From assembly GCA_964360635.1 (NCBI GenBank), contig CAYHXO010000006.1:438-64437 (forward strand): a stretch of DNA of 64,000 nt, read 5' to 3'. Positions 10,071 through 19,470 of this stretch are shown here, in pieces. The DNA is from an uncultured Candidatus Peribacteria bacterium. GTDB lineage: Bacteria > Patescibacteriota > Gracilibacteria > UBA1369 > 2-02-FULL-48-14. The translations under genes were made by a program, and so were the position numbers. Numbering within the stretch: the first letter of the stretch is position 1; each line of letters opens with the position of its first letter. The notes under the pieces were generated by a model. It saw only the letters and a list, made by a program, of their open reading frames with translations, did not search any database and was not told the origin of the DNA.

Positions 10071-10134
10071 GTTTTTTAATTAGATGTGAATATACATCTA
10101 ATTCGAGGTTTGTCTAGGTGCTGTTAAAATTTAA

Positions 10135-11442
<1,308 letters not shown>

Positions 11443-11449
11443 AGGGAAG

Positions 11450-11468
11450 CTTGCCTTCGGCAAGTTTT
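11450..11468 (+). terminator. Rho-independent terminator after eno
   Basis: CTTGCC-TTC-GGCAAG hairpin followed by TTTT, 8 nt after the eno stop codon. Confidence 0.6.
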
Positions 11469-11589
11469 AAAAACCGACCCTAATTCCTGTTTGTAGAGAA
11501 TCTATATATAGTTCAATCAAACTTTTATGGGAGTAGAGTCGGTTTCGTGAATGGCGACGAACTCATTCTGTTTTTGTTTTTTTCTGCCT

Positions 11590-11820
11590 TATTTTGGTCG
11601 GGTTTATGGCCGGACCGGGGCTGCCCTTGGCGTGGAAGTGGCCGCTGTAACCGAAGTCAGGGAGCAGGAAACGCAAGTCCACAGAGCGATATGAGAGTCT
11701 GTCTCTCATGGGTTCCCTTGTCTAGAGAACCATCACAAAGCGAGAAAGAAAATTGTCGATGTTTATCGACCGCTTACCATCACGCTTAGTGCTGGGTAAT
11801 CCGCGTCAGGATTACTTTTT
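11590..11820 (+). ncRNA. Candidate structured non-coding RNA, class unresolved; the 5' boundary is uncertain and may begin near 11518
   Basis: A locally GC-enriched block in an AT-rich genome. Several perfect hairpins are present: ATGAGAG-tctgt-CTCTCAT, GTCGAT-gttt-ATCGAC and GGTTC-N11-GAACC. It ends in a strong intrinsic terminator, GTAATCC-gcgtca-GGATTAC + TTTTTGTTTTTGTTTTT (11796-11833). The only ORF here (11547-11789, GTG start) translates to an implausible Arg/Cys/Trp-rich peptide. Confidence 0.45.
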
Positions 11821-12035
11821 GTTTTTGTTTTTGTGTTTTCAATGTGCCTGGGTGAATCCAATGTTTGTCTTACTGAATTCATGTCATTATATCCCCCTTT
11901 GTTTTCTTTGCAACTAATATTACTCGACTAGTGCCGAAATATATTTCGTGGTGGTACATTTTCAGGTAGAGCATGTATCGCTTTCTATGGACTTTTCTTT
12001 TTTAAAAGCTATACTTTGGGCGATTAAATCCCCAA

Positions 12036-12722
12036 ATGACTAGCTTTTCAGTCTTCGACATTGCGGGTCCGGTAATGGTTGGGCCATCGAGCTCACATAC
12101 TGCAGGTGCGGCAAGGATCGGTCAGTTTGCGAGAGCTATTTTTGATGCGACTCCAACTAAAGTACACTTTTTGCTACACGGTTCTTTTGGCGAAGTATAT
12201 AAAGGCCACTCAACAGATAAGGCGCTACTTGGTGGCATTATGAAATTTCCACCTAATGATGAAAGAATTAAGATTGCATTCGAGGTTGCAAAAGAGAAAA
12301 ATATTGAATATGAATTTGAACCTGGAGATTTGGGCGGTGGATACCATCCTAACAGTGTAAAAATTACCCTTGAAAATGCTGAAAGGAAGATGACACTTAT
12401 TGGCTCTTCAATCGGTGGCGGGAATATAGAAATTTGTCAGATAGACGGCTTCGATATTTACCTAACCGGAAGTAGCGCGGAGCAATATTTTACGCTTGTG
12501 GTTGAAAATGAAAATATGCCCGGAATGTTGGCCAAGACAACAACTTTTCTCGGAGACAAAGGAATTAGAATTGTGAATATGCAAAGTTCATATCTTGCTG
12601 GTGAAAATAAGGTTTTGAGCGTTTTAAGTATAGATCAAAGTTTATCACTTGATGAAATTCTCACTCTGGAAATGGAGCCGGGAATTATTTTCGTTAGATC
12701 ACTTAACAAAATTGAGCAATGA
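12036..12722 (+). CDS. sdaAB: L-serine dehydratase, iron-sulfur-dependent, beta subunit (with ACT-like C-terminus)
   Basis: SVFDIAGPVMVGPSSSHTAGAARIG at the N-terminus. The stop overlaps the alpha-subunit start (ATGA). Confidence 0.85.
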   Translation: MTSFSVFDIAGPVMVGPSSSHTAGAARIGQFARAIFDATPTKVHFLLHGSFGEVYKGHSTDKALLGGIMKFPPNDERIKIAFEVAKEKNIEYEFEPGDLGGGYHPNSVKITLENAERKMTLIGSSIGGGNIEICQIDGFDIYLTGSSAEQYFTLVVENENMPGMLAKTTTFLGDKGIRIVNMQSSYLAGENKVLSVLSIDQSLSLDEILTLEMEPGIIFVRSLNKIEQ

Positions 12723-13648
12723 CAGCTTCATATATTTTCAGAAACGGTACTGAACTATTAGCAAGGTGTGTAGAGCATAAAATGACAATTTGGGAGGTAG
12801 TTTTAAATTATGAAATTCAGATGTCCGGTAATACGAAAGAGGAAATTTATAAAAAACTTTCCGATCGATTGCATGTTATTTTCAGAGGAATTGATGCCGC
12901 TATTGAAAACCCTGAGCTTTCTCCTAGTGGGATGGTCGGGAAATCGACCCCACTTCTTGCTACTGCCGTTAAAAATTGGAAAGAAGTTGCAGATGGATTG
13001 CTATTAAATGAGACTGCAGTGCGTGGAATGCTTGGTGCGATTGCAACAGGAGAAAATAATGCGAGAATGGGTGTTATTCTGGCCTTCCCAACTGCCGGTG
13101 CCGCCGGAGTTATTCCTGGAGCAATTTACGGCGCAATGAAAAAATTTAAGTTGAGCGAAGAACAATTGGTGCAAATGATGTTAACCGCTTCAGGAGTTGG
13201 AATTATTATCGCAAATACTGCCACACTTTCAGGTGCGGCAGGTGGATGTCAGGCAGAGGTTGGCAGTGCAACTGCAATGGCGGCTGCGGCTTTGACCGAA
13301 GTTAGAGGAAAATCACCTGAAACAACCTTACACGCTGCTTCATTGGCTTTGAAAAATATGCTTGGCTTGGCGTGCGACCCAATTGGTGGACTTGTGGAAG
13401 TTCCTTGTATTAAAAGAAATGGAATTGGTGCGGTTTTCTCGATGGCGGCTTCAGATATGGCCTGTATGGGAATTGAAAGTTTCGTTCCATTTGATGAAAT
13501 TGTTTCCGCAATGCGATCAATCGGCGACATGATGAGCCCAAAAATTCGTGAAACCGCTTTGGGTGGATTGGCCGTAACTCCAACAGGTCAAAAAGTTGCT
13601 AAGAAGATGGGGTTAATACAGTTGGGGAGTAATCCTTGTAGTAAGTAG
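12719..13648 (+). CDS. sdaAA: L-serine dehydratase, iron-sulfur-dependent, alpha subunit
   Basis: PTAGAAGVIPGA, SGAAGGCQAEVGSA and LGLACDPIGGLVEVPCIKRN are typical SDH_alpha blocks. Confidence 0.9.
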   Translation: MTASYIFRNGTELLARCVEHKMTIWEVVLNYEIQMSGNTKEEIYKKLSDRLHVIFRGIDAAIENPELSPSGMVGKSTPLLATAVKNWKEVADGLLLNETAVRGMLGAIATGENNARMGVILAFPTAGAAGVIPGAIYGAMKKFKLSEEQLVQMMLTASGVGIIIANTATLSGAAGGCQAEVGSATAMAAAALTEVRGKSPETTLHAASLALKNMLGLACDPIGGLVEVPCIKRNGIGAVFSMAASDMACMGIESFVPFDEIVSAMRSIGDMMSPKIRETALGGLAVTPTGQKVAKKMGLIQLGSNPCSK

Positions 13649-13713
13649 ATTGGAGATTTCGGGATTGTGACTCCGAATAATAAGTAAATTTTCGGGAATT
13701 GGATTCCGAATAA

Positions 13714-13742
13714 TTGACAGATTTTACGGAATTTGATAATAT
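13714..13742 (+). promoter_or_regulatory. Putative sigma70-type promoter of the AAA ATPase gene
   Basis: TTGACA (13714-13719), a 17-nt spacer, then TAATAT (13737-13742), 6 nt before the ATG at 13749. Confidence 0.4.
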
Positions 13743-13748
13743 AGAGCC

Positions 13749-14912
13749 ATGAATATTTGGAGAGCATATCAACCCATCAGTCACTTCTTGACTATAGGCA
13801 AAGTCTTAGTACTTTATGGGCCGAGACAAGCTGGTAAAACCACACTCATCAAAGAGAATGACCAGTTTTTTAGTACTAAAAAAATCCGTTGGGATACAGG
13901 AGATAATATCGAGACACGTGTACTTTTCGATGGTGAGAATTTAAAAGATATTTTAGCTTACGTAGAAGGTTATGATGTTCTCATCATTGATGAGGCTCAA
14001 AGAATTCCAAAGATTGGCCAAGGACTAAAAATGCTGGTTGACCATAGAAAAGATTTGTCTATTCTGGTAACTGGCTCATCCTCATTTGAATTAGCCGGAC
14101 AGGTAGGTGAGCCTCTTACGGGTCGTCATCGCACGCTTACGCTTTTCCCGATTTCTCAATATGAGCTTTTGGCTAAATCTTTTAGTGCATTTGATCTTCA
14201 AAAGAAACTGGATGAATTTTTAATTTATGGATCTTATCCGGAAATTTTAACGACAGATTCATCTGAAGAGAAACAAAGGAGAATTGAAGAAATAGCACAT
14301 TCATATTTGTTTAAAGACATACTTGAGCTCGATGCAATTCGTAACTCTAAAGTATTACTGGATTTGGTTAGATTACTCGCTTTCCAAATTGGAAATGAAG
14401 TTTCACTGTCTGAATTGGGTCAACAAATCGGCCTGGACAGTAAAACTGTAGCCAGATATTTAGATGTTTTGGAAAAAGCCTTTGTGATTTTTCAAGCCAG
14501 AGGATATGGCAATAATTTAAGAAAAGAAATTACTAAAAAAAGTAAATATTATTTTTATGATCTTGGCATTCGCAATGCGATTATTTCAAATTTTAATCCT
14601 GTAAATTTGAGAAATGATATCGGAGCATTATGGGAAAATTTTATTTTCATGGAACGAATTAAGTTCAGAAATTATGACAATATTTCAGCCAATGTTTTCT
14701 TTTGGAGAACATGGAATCAACAAGAAATTGATATTGTCGAAGAAAGAGGGGGAAAACTTTTTGGATATGAATGCAAGTGGTCAAAGAATTCTATAAAAAA
14801 AATTAATGCTCCAAGTGAATGGAAAAATAATTACAAAGATGCGAATTTTACAGTTATTACCCCTGATAATTATCTTGATTTTATTGCTAAGCCAAAAATA
14901 TATGCTAACTAA
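13749..14912 (+). CDS. AAA+ ATPase with DUF4143-like C-terminal domain (COG1373-type)
   Basis: Walker A is LYGPRQAGKTTL and Walker B is VLIIDEAQ. The C-terminal region is EIDIVEERGGKLFGYECKWS. Confidence 0.8.
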   Translation: MNIWRAYQPISHFLTIGKVLVLYGPRQAGKTTLIKENDQFFSTKKIRWDTGDNIETRVLFDGENLKDILAYVEGYDVLIIDEAQRIPKIGQGLKMLVDHRKDLSILVTGSSSFELAGQVGEPLTGRHRTLTLFPISQYELLAKSFSAFDLQKKLDEFLIYGSYPEILTTDSSEEKQRRIEEIAHSYLFKDILELDAIRNSKVLLDLVRLLAFQIGNEVSLSELGQQIGLDSKTVARYLDVLEKAFVIFQARGYGNNLRKEITKKSKYYFYDLGIRNAIISNFNPVNLRNDIGALWENFIFMERIKFRNYDNISANVFFWRTWNQQEIDIVEERGGKLFGYECKWSKNSIKKINAPSEWKNNYKDANFTVITPDNYLDFIAKPKIYAN

Positions 14913-15057
14913 GTCAATTAATATCAGTGATTTCAAAAGGAATTTTTATTCCTATGTAAGAAAGCCATTAAAAAATGTACGATACATTATTTTTCGTTAT
15001 AAAAAACCTATTTTAGAAATAAAACCTATTGATATAAATTCCTCTCATGACCTATAA
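14902..15057 (+). CDS. Possible orphan Phd/YefM-like antitoxin fragment (52 aa)
   Basis: Internal ATG of track ORF 14806-15057. The stretch INISDFKRNFYSYV...IIFRYKKPILEIKPI resembles the Phd/YefM N-terminal pattern. There is no partner toxin, and the ORF overlaps both neighbours. Confidence 0.25.
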   Translation: MLTKSINISDFKRNFYSYVRKPLKNVRYIIFRYKKPILEIKPIDINSSHDL

Positions 15058-15634
15058 AATTGCAGTTCTAGCGTCAACTCGTGGTACAGATTTAAAGGCT
15101 ATTTTTGATGAAATTGATGCGGGACTTTTAGCGAATGTAGAAGTTGCGATTGTCGTGAGTAATGTTGAGAATTGTGGAGCGCTTGATAAGGCAAAAGCGC
15201 ACAATGTGAAGGCGGTTTTTGTTGATCCTGCCGGTAAAAATAAAGAAGAATATGATGAGGAGCTCGCATCGCAAGTAGGCGAAGTAGACTTGGTTTGTTT
15301 GATCGGCTACATGAAAATTTTGACAGAGGGATTTGTGAAAAAATATGAAGGAAAAATTATAAATGTGCATCCGGCATTACTTCCAAAATATGGAGGAAAG
15401 GGTTTTTACGGGCAAAATGTGCATGAAGCGGTGATTGCAGCAGGTGAAAATGAAAGTGGAATGACAATTCATTTTGTTACTTCGGAAGTTGATGGCGGTG
15501 AGATTTTAATTCAAGAAAAAGTAGCAATTGAAGAAGGGGAAACTGCTGAAAGTTTGAGAGAGAAAGTTCAGGTGCTTGAGAAAAAATATTACCCTGAGGC
15601 AATAAGGTTGCTATCGAGGAAAAGGCATTTATAA
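15047..15634 (+). CDS. purN: Phosphoribosylglycinamide formyltransferase
   Basis: KIAVLASTRGTDL, INVHPALLPKYGG and GMTIHFVTSEVDGGEILIQ are present. Confidence 0.9.
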   Translation: MTYKIAVLASTRGTDLKAIFDEIDAGLLANVEVAIVVSNVENCGALDKAKAHNVKAVFVDPAGKNKEEYDEELASQVGEVDLVCLIGYMKILTEGFVKKYEGKIINVHPALLPKYGGKGFYGQNVHEAVIAAGENESGMTIHFVTSEVDGGEILIQEKVAIEEGETAESLREKVQVLEKKYYPEAIRLLSRKRHL

Positions 15635-15642
15635 TATGCCCG

Positions 15643-15894
15643 ATGTATAAAATAAGACATGATAGGCCGAATTGCATTGGCTGTAACGCCTGCGCTAACA
15701 TTGCGCCGAATTTTTGGACAATGAGTGCAATGGACGGAAAATCTGATATAATAGGTTCTCAATTGGGCGAAGATGGCTGGGAAGAGTTGGATATTACTGA
15801 TGCTGATTTTGATCTGAATCTGGCATCTGCAGAATCTTGCCCGGTAAACGTTATACATTTGATTCAAATTGGCACTGGAAAACAATTAATATGA
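15643..15894 (+). CDS. Small [4Fe-4S]/[3Fe-4S] ferredoxin
   Basis: 83 aa with CIGCNACANIAP ... SCPVNVI (CxxCxxC...CP). The stop overlaps the oxidoreductase alpha-subunit start (ATGA at 15891-15894). Confidence 0.75.
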   Translation: MYKIRHDRPNCIGCNACANIAPNFWTMSAMDGKSDIIGSQLGEDGWEELDITDADFDLNLASAESCPVNVIHLIQIGTGKQLI

Positions 15895-17660
15895 CAACAA
15901 AACATAATCATTTCACTTGGATGGTTGGAGGTGAAGCCGGATACGGAATCACCACGATGGGCCAAATGTTCTCACGTGCTTGCACGCAGAGCGGCTTATA
16001 CGCATTTGGTTATGTTGAATATCCGTCATTGATTCGTGGTGGGCATAATACTGCGATGGTTCGTGTTGGTAGCAATCCTGTTCACTCTCACAGCGATAAA
16101 GTTGATATGCTTTTGGCTTTGAATAAAGAAACTGTTGATTTGCATGTGAATGAAATGAGCATTGGTGGCGTGATTATTTATGACGGTGAAAATGTGATTT
16201 TGGATCAGGCGAGTTTACGAGCGGATGTTCTATATGCTTCTGTGCCACTTGGAAAAATTACAAAGGAATTGGGTGCGCAAGCACTAATGAGAAATACCGT
16301 GGCATTGGGTGCTTCATTTGGAATGATGAAATATGATTTTAAATATTTGGAAAAAGTTTTGGCTGATACTTTTGGAAGGAAAGGGCAGGAAGTTATGGAT
16401 TATAATGTGAAAGTGGCTAGAACAGGTTATGATTATGCAATTGCGAACTTTGGTGACAAGGTGAAAATTGGTGAGAATATTCAACCGATTGAAGGTGCAT
16501 CAACAAAAATTGTGCTTTCAGGAAATGAAGCAATTGCAATTGGAGCGATTAAAGCCGGCGTGAAATTTATGGCGGCTTATCCAATGACTCCAATAACAAC
16601 TGTGATGTTAGTGATTGCGAAATATGGAGTGAAATATGGAATTGTGATGAAGCATAGTGAAGATGAAATTGCCGCTGTGAATATGGCAATTGGAGCCGCA
16701 CACATGGGAGTTCGTTCGATGACTGCAACGTCCGGAGGTGGCTTCGCCCTAATGACGGAAGCATTGGGAATGGCAGGGATTACAGAAACTCCATTGGTAG
16801 TTATTGAGGGAATGCGACCAGGCCCATCAACAGGTTTACCAACATGGACTGATCAAGCGGATTTACGATTTGTAATGCATGCATCTCAGGGTGAATTTCC
16901 ACGAGTTTTATTTGCTCCGGGTGATGTTGATGAATGCTATAATATGACAATAAAAGCATTCGATTTAGCTGAAAAATATCAGATGCTTTGCATGATTATT
17001 ACAGATAAATATTTGGGTGAGTCAGTAATGACTACAGTTCCATTTGATCACAAAAATTATAAGCCAGATCGAGGACAATTAATTAGCCGAGCTGAAGCGG
17101 AAAAAATGGAAGATGGAAAATATAAAAGATTTGAATTTACTGAAACCGGAGTTTCAAAACGTGCTGTTCCCGGTACTCCAAATTGTGTTTATGCAGTTTC
17201 GACTGATGAACATAATGAAACTGGTGATTTGGATGAGGGCGCTGAAAATAGAAATAAAATGGTTGAAAAAAGAGATAGAAAATTACAAACGTTAAAGAAA
17301 GAATCTTTGAAGGAAATTGATATGTTGGAGCTTCATGGAGTCGCTGACGCGCCTCTGACTATTGTAAGTTGGGGTTCAACAAAAGGACCAATTTTGGAAG
17401 CACTCGATTTAGCGGAAGAACAGGGTAAAAAAGTCAATTTCTTACAAATAAAATGTGTGCTGCCATTCCCTACTGCAGAAGTTAAAAAAGTTTTGCTTGG
17501 GGCGAAAAAATTGCTAATGCTGGAGACTAATTTCGATTCACAAATGGCTGGTGTGATTGCTCAAAACACAGGTATTTTAATTCAAGATAAGTTATTACGT
17601 TACGATGGCCGTCCAATTCATCCTGCACAAATTTTAGAAAAAATATGTCAAACAATTTAA
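15891..17660 (+). CDS. 2-oxoacid:ferredoxin oxidoreductase, alpha subunit (fused gamma+alpha type)
   Basis: The start was trimmed to MTTKHNHFTWMVGGEAGYGI. GNEAIAIGAIKAGVKFMAAYPMTPIT and MTEALGMAGITETPLVV are present. Substrate (2-oxoglutarate versus pyruvate) cannot be decided by eye. Confidence 0.85.
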   Translation: MTTKHNHFTWMVGGEAGYGITTMGQMFSRACTQSGLYAFGYVEYPSLIRGGHNTAMVRVGSNPVHSHSDKVDMLLALNKETVDLHVNEMSIGGVIIYDGENVILDQASLRADVLYASVPLGKITKELGAQALMRNTVALGASFGMMKYDFKYLEKVLADTFGRKGQEVMDYNVKVARTGYDYAIANFGDKVKIGENIQPIEGASTKIVLSGNEAIAIGAIKAGVKFMAAYPMTPITTVMLVIAKYGVKYGIVMKHSEDEIAAVNMAIGAAHMGVRSMTATSGGGFALMTEALGMAGITETPLVVIEGMRPGPSTGLPTWTDQADLRFVMHASQGEFPRVLFAPGDVDECYNMTIKAFDLAEKYQMLCMIITDKYLGESVMTTVPFDHKNYKPDRGQLISRAEAEKMEDGKYKRFEFTETGVSKRAVPGTPNCVYAVSTDEHNETGDLDEGAENRNKMVEKRDRKLQTLKKESLKEIDMLELHGVADAPLTIVSWGSTKGPILEALDLAEEQGKKVNFLQIKCVLPFPTAEVKKVLLGAKKLLMLETNFDSQMAGVIAQNTGILIQDKLLRYDGRPIHPAQILEKICQTI

Positions 17661-18514
17661 AGTTATTAACGGACTTAGACACTGGCTCCAAATGTAATTG
17701 GTGCCCGGGTTGTGGTGATTTCGGAATTCTTGTTGCTCTTAAACAAGCCTTGTTTGAACTAAAAATAAATCCCGAAGAAACCATGATTGTTTCAGGAATT
17801 GGTTGTGGCTCACAGACTCCGCATTTAGTGAAAGTTTACGGGTTTCATTCGTTACACGGACGCGCTTTGCCTGTTGCGACCGCGATGAAAATGGCAAATC
17901 ACAAAATGAATGTGATAATTATTGGTGGAGATGGTGATGGATATGGAATTGGCATTGCACATTTAATTCATTCTTCACGTAGAAATTATAACGTGACTTA
18001 CATAGTGCAAAATAACCAAGTTTACGGCCTCACGAAAGGTCAAACTTCACCAACCAGCGATCATGGTTATGTATCAAAATCAACTCCGGAAGGAGTAATT
18101 GAAGTACCAATTCGTCCGCTTTCTATTGCACTTTCTGCCGGGGCAACTTTTATTGCTCGTGGTTACGCCGGAGACATAATGTATTTGAAAAAATTAATAA
18201 TGGATGGAATTCAGCATAAAGGATTTTCTTTGATTGATATTTTGCAGCCTTGTGTAACTTTCAATAAAATAAATACTTATCAATGGTATCAACAAAGAAT
18301 TCATAAATTGGATTCTGAAAATCATGATCCGACGGATAGGATGGCGGCCTTCAAATTAACAGAAGAATGGGGTGAGAAAATTCCTGTTGGTATTTATTAC
18401 AAAGAAGATCGTTGGCTTTATGAAGATGAACTTTTGATGTTAAAAGATAAAGCACTTGTTGACCATTCCATCGAGAATATCGATATCGATCCAATTATCA
18501 ATTCATACCTATAA
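17645..18514 (+). CDS. 2-oxoacid:ferredoxin oxidoreductase, beta subunit (TPP-binding)
   Basis: WCPGCGDFGIL, GIGCGSQ and GGDGDGYGIG are present. Confidence 0.9.
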   Translation: MSNNLKLLTDLDTGSKCNWCPGCGDFGILVALKQALFELKINPEETMIVSGIGCGSQTPHLVKVYGFHSLHGRALPVATAMKMANHKMNVIIIGGDGDGYGIGIAHLIHSSRRNYNVTYIVQNNQVYGLTKGQTSPTSDHGYVSKSTPEGVIEVPIRPLSIALSAGATFIARGYAGDIMYLKKLIMDGIQHKGFSLIDILQPCVTFNKINTYQWYQQRIHKLDSENHDPTDRMAAFKLTEEWGEKIPVGIYYKEDRWLYEDELLMLKDKALVDHSIENIDIDPIINSYL

Positions 18515-18515
18515 T

Positions 18516-18791
18516 ATGCCAAAAGTTACAAATAAAAGCCTATCAATGACAGTTGAATGTGAGGGCGGTGCCAAGTTAAGAGAAGTAGCCATGCAAAATA
18601 ATCTTGGAATCCCTTTCGGTTGTGAAAATGGAATTTGCTCAACTTGTTTGATTCAGATAAATACCGGAATGGAAAATATTACAGAGAGAACTGAACAAGA
18701 AGAAGCGACACTTTCAATTAGAAGCGCTGCACCAGAGCAAAGGCTAGCATGCCAGTGCAAGATCAATGGTGATGTAGAATTTGAATTTTAA
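18516..18791 (+). CDS. 2Fe-2S ferredoxin-like protein
   Basis: The start was trimmed to MPKVTNK, 1 nt after the beta-subunit stop. It carries the C-x4-C-x2-C motif (CENGICSTC) plus a distal ACQC. Confidence 0.7.
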   Translation: MPKVTNKSLSMTVECEGGAKLREVAMQNNLGIPFGCENGICSTCLIQINTGMENITERTEQEEATLSIRSAAPEQRLACQCKINGDVEFEF

Positions 18792-19465
18792 ACGGTTTCA
18801 CCGGTTCCTGAAGGTGCTGTTTTGATCTGCTCGAGTTCTTTTTGCTTTTCTGCCTCAGCATTTTGCTTCTTTATCTCCTCAAGATTAAGTAAAATTGCCT
18901 TCAATTCTTCAGGTGTGCCCTCATAGTGATCAAAAGTATAAGTACCAATTAATTGCTGATAATCGTTGTAACATTGTGCTTGATCTTGGCCGTCAGTTGG
19001 CAGATGCAACTCAAATAAGGAAGCTGGCATGCCTTCTCCATTGCTTGATGTTTCAAAAACACGCATCTCAATAACTCCTGTTACAGGATTCATGAATTCA
19101 TAATCAATACCAGACGTTCTATCACTTCTAAATGCCCATTGTGAGACTGTGTATTCCTTTTCTAGCTCGTAACCCTTCATTCCAGGTAGAACTATACAAG
19201 TACCATCTTCATAGCCCACGTGATCAAAATAAAAATTCGTAACATAATCACCTTTTGATTCTTTTATTTCCCAAAAAGTAGGGTCGAAACGCAATTTGAA
19301 ATATAAGTTTTCAGTTAAAACTGAATTCATTTTTACTACTGTCCATCCTGTTGCATCATCAGCAGGAAGAAGTTCATAATTTTGACCACTTGTTGCAAAT
19401 TTTTGTCCTCCACAAGATGTTAAAAGGAGTGCTAATAGTGAGATAATTGTTATAGATTTTTTCAT
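18788..19465 (-). CDS. Lipoprotein, function unknown
   Basis: Signal peptide with lipobox LLLTSCGG. Confidence 0.55.
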   Translation of the reverse strand: MKKSITIISLLALLLTSCGGQKFATSGQNYELLPADDATGWTVVKMNSVLTENLYFKLRFDPTFWEIKESKGDYVTNFYFDHVGYEDGTCIVLPGMKGYELEKEYTVSQWAFRSDRTSGIDYEFMNPVTGVIEMRVFETSSNGEGMPASLFELHLPTDGQDQAQCYNDYQQLIGTYTFDHYEGTPEELKAILLNLEEIKKQNAEAEKQKELEQIKTAPSGTGETV

Positions 19466-19470
19466 AAGTT

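Noticed and set aside
11529-11545. GGGAGTAGAGTCGG resembles the conserved GGGGAGUAGCGUCGG 5' element of the yybP-ykoY (Mn2+) riboswitch
   Set aside because: I could not find the matching 3' half (UUGACAU... / ...CAAGACC-like elements) or a four-way-junction layout. The segment instead pairs with 11471-11487, and no metal transporter gene follows.
11547-11789. An 80-aa ORF (GTG start) covering the GC-rich intergenic block
   Set aside because: The translation (…WPDRGCPWRGSGRCNRSQGAGNASPQ…) is Arg/Cys/Trp/Gly-rich nonsense, typical of reading through structured GC-rich RNA. There is no ATG start, and hairpins plus an intrinsic terminator explain the region better as RNA.
11590-11800. Possible RNase P RNA, tmRNA, SRP RNA or cobalamin riboswitch
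   Set aside because: Several required elements are missing. There is no GAGGAAAGUCC / ACAGAA...GGCUUA P4 pair and the block is too short for RNase P. There is no tRNA-like 3' end (T-arm plus CCA pairing to the 5' end) for tmRNA. The order of the GNRA/AGCA elements does not fit SRP domain IV. GGCCGCTGTAACCGAAGTCAGGGAGC only superficially resembles the GCCACUGUAA / B12-box spacing. The class is left unresolved.
11785-11815. TGGGTAATCCGCG next to a terminator loosely resembles a T-box (GGGTGGTACCGCG) antiterminator
   Set aside because: The sequence match is poor. I could find no Stem I with a specifier loop or GA motif. The downstream genes (serine dehydratase, >200 nt away) are not a sensible T-box target.
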